Source: Octopus bimaculoides (lineage: Eukaryota). From it: 64,000 nucleotides of DNA. Both the position numbers and the translations under genes were made by a program. The notes beneath the pieces were generated by a model. It ran no database searches. It was not told the origin of the DNA and was given only the letters and a program-made list of their open reading frames with translations. Positions 12,455-23,941 of the stretch are shown here, piece after piece (position 1 is the first letter of the stretch; each line of letters begins with the position of its first letter). The DNA lies in contig NC_068990.1 in assembly GCF_001194135.2 (NCBI RefSeq), positions 49,275,677 to 49,339,676 of the forward strand. Reading direction: 5' to 3'.

Positions 12455-15400
12455 TTAAACGGATTCATAGCCTCTCCTGCTTCGTTTTCTACCGATTAGA
12501 TAGGCAATAAGGACAGTGATTACTAAGCCAGCTAAGGCAGCTCCCACAGCAATAGGAACAATGCTGCTTGTCTTCATATCTTCAACGCAAATGTGTCCTG
12601 AAAAAGAAAATAAATATCAGCAGGCATGACAAACTTTTGTTTTCAGGTAATTAATAGACAAACTTCAATCATATTGATAAAGTTTGTATAGGAAGTTGGC
12701 AAAAAAAAAAAAAAATCTTAACAGACTAAGGTAAGTGTATATCTGGTAACCATTGTGTTAATGTATATAAAAATCATTCAATAACTGTTGGTTGGTCTAA
12801 ATACTAAATGAGCCATTGATTTCTAGTATTCAGATTGTCACTGTTTTGAATTAATCAGGTTGAAGATGGGTACCAATAATGTAACTCTACACACTCACTT
12901 GAAATTTTATCAGTATGTGTTTAAATACCAATAATTGACTAAGCATTTTTCGATATAATGAGGAATACATAGTCTGATGAATAAGTATCCGGACAGTTGC
13001 TATAGTAACAAAGCTAAAGCATGCAGTGTAAAGCCACTTGGCCCCGATTGACTGAACTTTGCTGTGCATGCACACTAAGTTTTAATGTTCTAGTTCACTT
13101 TCACTGTTTACAGCAATGCTTGGAAGGAAGGTATGTAGCATGTGGTTGTTACATTGACCATGACAGAATCTGTATCAAATTTTGCCAAAAGCTTGGCAAT
13201 ACCTACTTAGAGGCCTACACAAAGTTTTCAAAAAGTTTTCATTGTTCTCGACACAATCAAGATCTTGAGCAACACAAACCAGAGTGTCTTTTAGTCAGTG
13301 AAAGCAGTTTTGGCACAAACTTGGCAGACAAGCATCTCATACCCAAATCTTCAGTGATAATGGACTGAACTGAACCGTAACTAATCTGCACATCCTCTGG
13401 TAACTCATGGATGGTGATTCAACGATTTCCCATCACAGCTGCATGCACATCTGCGATAATTTTCTCAGTCCTGCTGGTTGCAGGTCTCCCAGAATGTTCG
13501 CCAATATCAACATTTATTCGGCCATCTTGGAAACATCTGAACGACTCGTAGACTTGTGTACAGTTCATACAATCTGCTCCAAACACTTTCTGCAACTTTG
13601 CATAGGCCTCTGAGCATGTATCACCATAACAACTGTCAGTCAATGCAATAATCACATGCTACACACCTTCCTTTGAAGCAATGCTGTAAACAGCAGAGTT
13701 CAAGGTCAATCTGTGCCAAGCACCTTCACTCTGCATGCTTTAGCTTTGTTACTATGGCAACAGTCCGGATACTCATCAGACCTCGCATGTATTGATGTCA
13801 TATTGTTCAACCATGTCACCATACTATTTTGAATGGCATCCATCATGACATGATGAACAGGTTTTCCTTGGTGGTGGCAGTTACAAGATGTCCAGACCTT
13901 GGGTTCTCCCCCACTCATCCACCCAACCTCCAAAAACTCTTGCTCGTCCCTGCATATACATGTACAGATCAACCTCGACCAACAGAGGCCATAAATGGAT
14001 TTAAAACCATACCTCATTAATCCATCTGAGAACGTTTTGTTGCTCAGTGTGATCATCTGTTTTTGTTCAAACAAGATGTTACTTATTTGACATACGTAAT
14101 AGCCAAATATCCAATAAAATGAGAAGTTAAACTGAGACCATTCCTCATTCTTTCAGTGCCATAAGAAATAATATATCCAGGCCATTGCAGCAGTTGAAAG
14201 CTATAAGATAAAACTATTCTCCATCCAAGATAGAAAATGGTCTCAAACTTTAAAAAACATAGGCATGTTATGTCCTGCTTTGGGCCTCCAACTCCTGATG
14301 CTGTGATAAGAGTGTCACTGTGATATATGGAGTATTTTGGGCATTTCTAGGCCAGACAGAAAACATTTCTCTGAGTCTAACCATAGTTGATTTCTTTCAG
14401 AAAGGAGTTCAAGAATCAACCCAAGTACAAGACTGCTTTTCAACCTATTGGGATTAAATAAAATACCAAAGTTGATTTTGGAGGTATCTGAACTGAATGC
14501 AGAGAGCTGGAAAAAATACTACAAACTCACTCAGTTTGCTGCCTTAGTTTGAAAAACTATATGCTACATTAGAATTCTAAAACTCATAACAAAAAACATC
14601 AAAATTTAGAGTTAAAAAAGATATACCAAACCTAAAATTCCATTTAACATAACTATGAAAGACCAAGAAATTTGAAAAGAAATTTTCAAGTCACTCCATA
14701 GACACTCCAAAATAATTTGGCAATGTCACACAAATCTACTATAATTATCTACAACTAAAACTATCATATGTTATTAATTACTATATAAATTGTACTAAAG
14801 ATTTATAGGGCAATTCTAATAACTCCTGAAACATCTAAAATATTCAGTTATATTTTTTCCATTCACAAATTCAAGATTTATTTTGTGTATTATCTTTGAT
14901 TTCATAAAATTTTTACACAACTAGAATCACAAGAATTACAAGCATTTGAATAAGTTTTTTCCTTGAAAAGTTAAAATATTTGTAAACATTTGTATGTAGA
15001 GTAAAAAAGAAAAAAATACTTACGTGATCCAAGAGTAGTTGTATTAGTAGCATTTCTGAAGATATCCAAAGTCAGGTCTGAGAAGGTAATAACTGAGTTG
15101 TTCAAAGTTATCTTTTTACTTGATTTACAAATAAAATATTCATTATCCTTCAATAGTAATTCATTCATATTGTCTTTGGAATCAGCTATTAAAAGAAGAA
15201 ATTAAAATTAGCACCCTAAATATATCACCATCTTGAACAACTTAATATTTTGTTTTGCAAATAAAGCTTGACTTACTTAAATTTTGATCCCCAAATGATA
15301 GTACAACCTTCTTCAAAAACTTTGTAGATACATTTTTTGCAAAAACTAAGTCTAAATGAACATTTGATGAGTAAATTGACAGTTCATCAGCTGTATCATT

Positions 15401-18400
15401 GCAAGTGCCATTATGTGTCGCATTTGAAAAGATTGACCCATTTTCAGAAATATTCTGCAAGAAAAATTACATCTAAATTAGCCAAGACAAAAAAGAAAAG
15501 CATTAAGCAACAGTTAAAACGGTAGAAAATTGCAGTAATCAGCTGGTTCCAAGTTGATGAGATCGAGCTTTTCTGATAATGAAGATTTTTATACTTTCAT
15601 TTCAGTTAATAATCAAATCTACCTTCAGATAGATAAAAGACAACTGAATATTTGACTAGCTTATAAATAAAATAAAACATCACAAGCTTGGTTTGAGATT
15701 TTAGCATTGATCAGGCCATACAAAATATCCTATAATATTTAGTTATGTTCCTTTACATTTTAAATCAAATCCCATGGACAACTTGCTCTTTCATCTAATT
15801 AAAAGGAATTAAGTATTATTCAAAGGTATAGCTGATTCAATCAACTGTTTGACATCCAAAAGTATGCCAAAACACTAAAGACAGAAATCATAATTCAAAG
15901 ACAGAAATCGTAATTCATTAGATATTTAAATATACTTGACATGCATTCTGTTCATGATAAGGGATCAACAGTTGCTTTAAAAAACATTACCTTATAAGAA
16001 TATTTATAAGATATCTCAGTAGTTATAACAATACAACGTTGTCCATTAGCTCCAGTCACAACATACTTAGTTGATCGTTTTGGAATTGGTATGTGAGTGG
16101 TTGGCTTCTCAGTTGTAACATTAGGGGTGCTTGGCTTCTCAGTTGTAACATTAGGGGTGCTTGGCTTCTCAGTTGTAACATTAGGGGTGCTTGGCTTCTC
16201 AGTTGTAACATTAGGGGTGCTTGGCTTCTCAGTTGTAACATTAGGGGTGCTTGGCTTCTCAGTTGTAACATTAGGGGTGCTTGGCTTCTCAGTTGTAACA
16301 TTAGGGGTGCTTGACTTCTCAGTTGTAACATTAGGGGTGCTTGGCTTCTCAGTTGTAACAGAGGTGGTGCTTGGCTTCTCAGTTGTAACAGAGGTGGTGC
16401 TTGGCTTCTCAGTTGTAACAGAGGTGGTGCTTGGCTTCTCAGTTGTAACAGAGGTGGTGCTTGGCTTCTCAGTTGTAACAGAGGTGGTGCTTGGCTTCTC
16501 AGTTGTAACAGAGGTGGTGCTTGGCTTCTCAGTTGTAACAGAGGTGGTTGGCTGAGTTATAACAACTGGGTTGCTTATACTGCCGGTAGTAATGTTTGAT
16601 ACTAATATTACAAAATAAAAACAAAGAAAAATATCAAACATCATCATTATGTTTAAGTACCAATTCAGAACACAAAAATATAGCCCCCATAACCTGAAGC
16701 TGCACAAACAAAGAATATATTTGGAGAAAGTTAGGAATGCTTTAAAATTTAGATCTATTAAGAAAAAATATATAATGCTACCAATCTAATCATTCTCTTA
16801 ATCTATTTAAGAAATAAAGTTGTGTTAAGCCATGTGATATATCCATAACATTATCTTAATCATTTGGATTCTTTTTAATCCTTGTTACCACATTTATGCT
16901 GAAATATATTGCTTTGTTCCAATTAATGCTAAAATTGATAAAGAATTTATTAGAACAATTTTGCCATTATTAAGTTGGTATTTAGAAATTAAAACATGAA
17001 ATTTTGCTGGAACATTGTTTAGATAACTTTAAAACAGAGAATCTATATCATAGAACCATGGACCGTTTCAGGTAGGTTGGTATCGATAGGGTAATATATC
17101 ATGCCAACAGAGTGGGAGTTCACACAAATATAATTTCAAAGCAACTAACTGATGGTGAGAATGAATAGATGGCTTACTGAAACTTATAGATAAGCTCTCA
17201 TAACCATCTGATATAAAATAGTAGACAATCAATAAAGTTAAAATTTAAATGTACAAGTTTTGCCAGGAAAAAAAAAAAAAAGCAACTAACTGGAGAATCA
17301 ATAGCAATCAGTGATTAAATGAAGCAGGTAAGATGAATTTAAACCAAATTTGATCATTTGTTTCACATGTTTTTCCATTTTAGCATGGAATCAATAGAGA
17401 CATGAAACATTTGATGACTGCCTAACTCCACCCCTCACTTTTCAAAGACAAATGTTGAGGAAACAAAAATTTACTTAGAATTGTAATTACAAACTAATGA
17501 CAGATACTGGATATGACTTGGAAGGTAACCACTCTAAGAATAAACCAAAGATAAAGAGAAGCAGCAACTAGGAGAGAATACAGATTGCTGGGTCTAACAA
17601 AAGAAGGAATGAGAGTTTAAGATGCATGAAAAAGGCTATTTTGTTATTTGGGATGGTTAAAATAACCTAGCAGCTAATAATTTTCTACTTCATTAAGTCA
17701 TTAAAGAAAAACTGAGCTGCCAAACCAGCAAATACAAGCTTAAATTTTTACTGTTATATATCAAGATACACTGCAAGTTTAAATATTCTACAGTTATGAT
17801 CAATAACTAAGAACCAAATGGTTTTCAATCCCAAAGTCAGATAATAGCTCCACACTAGAGTAGATCTAGACAAAGTAGCTTACAATCCTAAACATCTTGG
17901 CAAAATTCATTAAATTTTTCATTATTATTAGAATTAATATATTATAAATTCCTTACTACCCACAAGGGGCTACACACAGAGGGGACAAACAAGGGCAGAC
18001 AAACGGATTAAGTCGATTATATGGACCCCAGTGCGTAACTGGTACTTATTTAATCGATCCCGAAAGGATGAAAGGCAAAGTCGACCTTGGCGGAATTTGA
18101 ACTCGGATCATAACGGCAGACAAATTACTGCTTAGCATTTCGCCTGGCGTGCTAACGTTTCTGCCAGCCTTTTTTTTTTTTTTCTTCACGTTTACAGCAC
18201 CTAGGTTTCCCAAGCAGTCACCCATCTAAGTACTAACTAGGCTCGACTTTGCTTAACTTCGGTGATCGGACGAGAACTGGTGTTTTCAAAGTGATATGGC
18301 TGTAAATTCTATTATTAGAATTAATATATTACGAGATAAAATAATTCACTTATAATTAGCATTGATTTTCTCATGTCATAGGTGCTATCTGACAAAAGGT

Positions 18401-20526
18401 AGGGTTATTTTAATGTGCAATCTTGTTCTTGCAAATTCAACATTCTAATATGTTACCTAATTTCTGAATTCTTTCTTTGTCACTGTCACAATTAACTTGA
18501 CCTAAGACAAGTGCCTTCTACTATAGCTCCAAGGCTGGCCAAAGCCCATGCAAACAGAAACTGAAAGTCTATCTTTGTACATATGTGCCACTTGACTTGA
18601 CATTGCATGATAGTTGAAAAGTGTCACCATCATACACTTGTTTCCAATATTCCATGAAAGCATGTTCAGTTATGGGGAGATATCTAGGTTGGAAGCAGGT
18701 GACAGTTGATCAAGGAAAGGCATCCAACCATAAAAAATCTACCTCAATGAATTCCATTTGACCCTTGCAAGCAAGAAAAAGTGAGCATTAAAACAATTTC
18801 AATCCTTCTGATTCATGGTGTGTTGTGCATAAAATGTATATACCATTAATCCTTTGTTAGATAGCATGGGTAGAACTAAGCCAAAGTTGATGCTTATTCA
18901 AACTAGAAAGATGAAGACAACTAAGAACACAAACCAAATCTGAATATGTTTCAAGGAAAAAAAAACTGCAAGATCCATATCTTTTACTTGCTTTGTCAAT
19001 GGACTGCTGCCAAGCTGGTGCACCATCTTAAAGAGTGTGGTTGGACAAACCAAACCCTGCACTTATTTTCTTTTTGAGCATGGTACTTAGAATAGGTTTC
19101 TTTTTGCTAAACTAAATTATGTGGATGTAAACAAACCAACACAATTTGTGAAAATGGTGGTGGGGGTAAAAATATACATATACACACAAAGGGATTCTTT
19201 CAGTTTCCATCTACCAAATCCACTCACAAGGATTTGACCAGCCCAGAGCTACAACAATTTCCACACAGTGGGACTGAACCCGGAACCATGTTGTTAGGAA
19301 GTAAGCTTCTTGCCATACAGCCCTACTTGTGCCTAGATAAAGATTCCAAAGGGATTCAAACCCTTGATTTCCAGTTTACTAGACTGGTATGTTGAGGAAG
19401 AGACATTTTAGCCAGTTAAGTACACAAAAAATTTACGTTTTCATACAAAAAAAAAATAAAAAAAGAAAATTGAATAGAAGTTTTGTGTTCTTAAATGGCT
19501 AAAACACTTGTGTGATCTAATAATTTCAGATTCTACAGTCTCATCAAGACACTTGTCAAACAAATACAACTCCAAAATTATCTTATTTGTTTTCATGTCC
19601 ATATTTCCATATTAGCATGGGTTAGATAAATATACTGAAGCAGTTTTACAGCTAATGCCCTTCCAGTCACTAACCCATGTTTTTCAAAGGGATCATTTCA
19701 CTTATCTATCATGAAGATACAAAACCAGCAGATGATCTGTTGAGAGGAAATGATATGATTGTGAGCAATTCTAAGATAAGAACAAATGTGAATACACAAG
19801 TATACAACAGATTGACACACATTTCTTAAAATGCTGAGATATAAAATTATGATATATGTAAACAAAGTTTGCTTTTTTAGAAGTATTGAGATGTATTGAA
19901 ATATATAGATATGGAAATGTTTTATTCTCAAACACATAATAATGCTGAATAGCATAAATAGCATAGAACATCCTTATATTGCAGAAGAATTTATTAGTAG
20001 CCAGCCATGAGACCCAAACTCACATCTCTGTGATTACTGGTCATAGTGCTTTACCTTTAAGCTGAACTGTCTACAAACAAATTCTTCTGCAATTTTTGAA
20101 CTTATAAATTTAGCTTTTATAGATGCTATATGTGAAAGTACGATATATGTAAAAAAATGTAATTTCACATATAGCGTCTATAAAAGCTAAATTTATAAGT
20201 GCAAAAATTGAAGAAGAATTTGTTAGTGGGCAGTTTAGCTTAAAGGTAAAGCACTGACGGGTAATCACAAGGATGTGAGTGAGTCTCATGGCTGGCCGCT
20301 AACAAATTTTTCTGCAATATAAGGATGTTCTATGCTATTCAGTATTATTATCATGCATTTGAGAATAAAATATTTCCATATCTGTGTGATAAGAAGCTTG
20401 CTTCCCAACTACATGTTTCTGGGTTCAGTCCCACTGCATGGCACCTTGGGCAAGTGTCTTGGGCCAACCAAAGCCGTGAGTGGATTTGGTAGACAAATTG
20501 AAAAGAAGCCTGTTTGTGTGTGTGTG

Positions 20527-20563
<37 letters not shown>

Positions 20564-23500
20564 TGTCCCCATCTTTGCTTGACAACTGGTGTTCATGTGT
20601 TTACAAAGTCCTGGGGTTGATTTCTTCAACTAAAACCCTTTAAGGCAGTGCTCCCACATGGCTGCAGTCAAATGACTGAAACACGTAAAAGAATATATTT
20701 AAACATGGAAATGTCAAGAATGCTATGCAAAGGTAGTAGAATATAATTCTGTAAAGTGATGGATGCAACCATACAGAAAATACTATCATTGTATCAAGTT
20801 TGTATCCTGCCATACAAAAATTTAAATATAATGCACAAAGAAAGTCTTCAAGCACAGATGTGCACTGGTCAATGCTAATAATTTTGACCAGCATTCTGAC
20901 AATGCTATCAGATTATGTAATGAGAGCTGGTAACTAATCAACTGTGGATTAAGTACTTAGGAATCAGCCATTTGACCCTTCCCACTCTACATTAACAAAC
21001 TTATGATTGCTAACTACACATTGCCCTTTGACATTAAAGTCATTCTACACTCCATGAGCCAAAAAAAAAAACAAAACTCAAGTCAATCAACTTTTAAGAA
21101 ATAGCAACCAAGTTTCTCTTAAATCACACTTTATTATAGTAAGGAATAGATAATTTATATCTGATATAATTTATGTCAGAATATAAAAAGTGGGAACGAT
21201 CAGAATTGGAGCTCATTTCTCATAGTTCTGCTCAGAGTTGGGCTGGGGCAAAACTGTAATACACTCCATTCAGTTTCCAAGCATCATTGCACAAAACTTC
21301 AATAGCCTTTTATTTTTTTAAATTTCAGCATTTATAATAAAACTCAACAATCTTCAAAAAGTGTCAAACTACATAACTAAAATTCGCAATACTTCATTGC
21401 TATTCATGAATAGAGTTAAAACCAAATATCTCCACCTTAGAAATTTGCTTTTTCCGGTGGAGCAGCTCAAATTATTTATACAGGAAAAATTATCACCAAG
21501 AATGAGTTCACTTCAGAGATAAAATTCTTCTAAACAATAATTTACAAAAGATATTTCTTTGTTCCTTTTGTATCATGTTTTTCCATGCTAGGATGACTGA
21601 GATAGTGACTGAGGAAGAATTCTTTTTACAGTTGGATGCTGTCACAAACCTTTACCCATTTCTCAAGTAAGATATTTGAAAGTGCAAAGCTAGCAGACAA
21701 TTTATTGACAAGAGAATTTGACAAAACAAGTTGCAGCCCAGCTACAAATAGTAACATTACCGTTTGTAGCTGTAATTCAGCAGAGATTGTAAACATTCAG
21801 ACACACACGCACATATCCGAAAATGAGGACTTTTGGCAAAAAAAAATTACAAAAATAAACAAATTTGGGAGAAAATAGGGGAAGGTCTTTCCACATTTTC
21901 ATTTCAAACTTGTTTGAATTTTCAATCTAATGTAATCCACACTATCTCGAAATCGTATTTCTGCAAAATGTCATCTAAAATTATGGGTAAAAAAAGAAAT
22001 AGCAAAAAATATTTGAAAATGGGGGTGAAATATCCGAGGATTCCACCTCACTGTTTTCCGGACCCAAAATGGGTTTTGTAGCATATTAGGTCACCGGAAT
22101 TCAGTCAACGAAAAAAATTTCCAATGACTCCAGGATATAGGGGGAGTCCAGTTTCCCCTGAACAAAGGAGTATATTAGGTCAGGGTACTTGTTGATTCCA
22201 TGCCAAAAAATGAGTGAAAATCGTGCAGGTGAAAGATCAATGGAGGCGAGGGAGTGAAATTCCGAGGCTTCCACCTCACCTCGTTTTGCGAACCCAAAAA
22301 AGGGTTTTGTAGCATTTTAGGTCACCGGAATCAATTCAACGAAAAAAAATTTTCCAATGATTCCGGGATATGGGGAGGGGTCCGCCCCCCCTTTTTTCGA
22401 ACAAAAGGAGTTTGCAGCATATTAGGTCAGGGTACTCGATTCCACGCAAAAAAAACCGAGTTTTTCTTTTTCTTAGTGAAACTTCGTGCGGGTGAAAGGA
22501 TCAAATACCTATTTTATTTTTTTCCACTTTACATTCCCAGGTAAACGTTTCTAATACAAAGGCAGAAGACACCAGTTGCAAAAATAAGGAATATACACGC
22601 ACAGTTAAATATAGAAGTGTAAAGTATAATTTGTTACATAATCTATAATAAACATAGTATTGAATGAAAATTCCCCGTTCGAACTTTTTTTTTAATTGTG
22701 TATAGAAATCTACGGATGCACAAACGCACAAAACAGAAAATGAAAAAATATGGACGACTTGTTCCGAAACATCCCTGAGTGGGGAACGGTTCTCAAAAAT
22801 AACTCTCAAAATTCCTATGTCCACGGAATCTACATAGTCCGAGGTATATTTGTATAAGATATTAAAAAATATCCATTTTCTTGAAAGACGAATTGAAGTG
22901 GACTCCGGTGAATTTTTCGAAATTCCCTGCCCTCCTAAAGCACTTTCTCCAAAAAGTTTTGTATATTCGGAATCTACATGATATAACACATTCGTAGAAA
23001 ATTTAATTTAAAAATATCCATTTTTCTGAAAGTTATGATCATCCAAAGTCGGGGGCAGAAAACGGCATAACTACAGATTTCTGCCCCCGCCGACTTTGGA
23101 TGATAACTTTCAGAAAAATGGATATTTTTTCATGAAATTTTCTACGAATGTGTTATATCATGTAGATTCCGAATATACAAAACTTTTGGTGAGAAAGTGT
23201 TAATAGGGGGTGGGGCATAACTACAGATTTCTGTCTCCCCACCGACTTAGGATCATCATGACTTCTAGAAAAATGGATTTTTTAAAAATGAAATCGTCTA
23301 CGAATGTGTTATATCATGTAGATTTCGAATATACAAAACTAGTGGGGGAAAGTGTCTTAGGAGGGGGTGCGTAATTTCGGAAAATTCACCGGCGTCCACT
23401 TCAATTCGTCTTAACTTTCAAGAAAATGGATATTTTTTGACGAAATTCTCTACAAATATACCTCGGACTATGTAGATTTCGAGAACAGGAATTTTGGGGG

Positions 23501-23896
23501 AAAACTGGGGGGTTATTTTTGAGAACCGTTCCCCACTCGAGGGTGTTTCGGAACAAGTCGTCTATATTTGTTTCATTTTATCCGATTTGTGCATCCGTAA
23601 ATTTCTACCACACACACATACACGTAATTAAAAAAGTTCAAACGGAGAATTATTTCATTAATGTGTTTATAATAGAGATTATGTAACAAATTATACTTTA
23701 CACTTCTATATTTAACTGTGCGTGTATATTATATTAGCTTCTGGTGTCTTCTGCCTTTCTATTAGAAACGTTTACCTGGAAATTTACTTTACCTTCATCC
23801 CTTAAACCACTGGGGTTTACTAGTCACCTAGCAGACAGATTTTTCGTTTAAATTTTTCACCGACTCCAATAACCCATTAAGTTTCAATCCAGTACA

Positions 23897-23941
<45 letters not shown>

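Noticed and set aside
16101-16552. CRISPR-like regular array
   Set aside because: No unique spacers; it is a head-to-tail coding repeat in a eukaryotic exon.
16056-16555. Repetitive ORFs in other frames (MLQLRSQAPL, GAWLLSCNIR, VLGFSVVTLG)
   Set aside because: Shadows of the 30-bp LAMP minisatellite; only the T/S/P frame has matching splice sites and phase.
21610-21790. Possible extra LAMP exon (tttgtag|CT GGG CTG... SGLQLVLSNSLVNK)
   Set aside because: The available donors are phase 0, incompatible with the phase-1 acceptor of exon 2; exon 1 joined to exon 2 already gives a good signal peptide.
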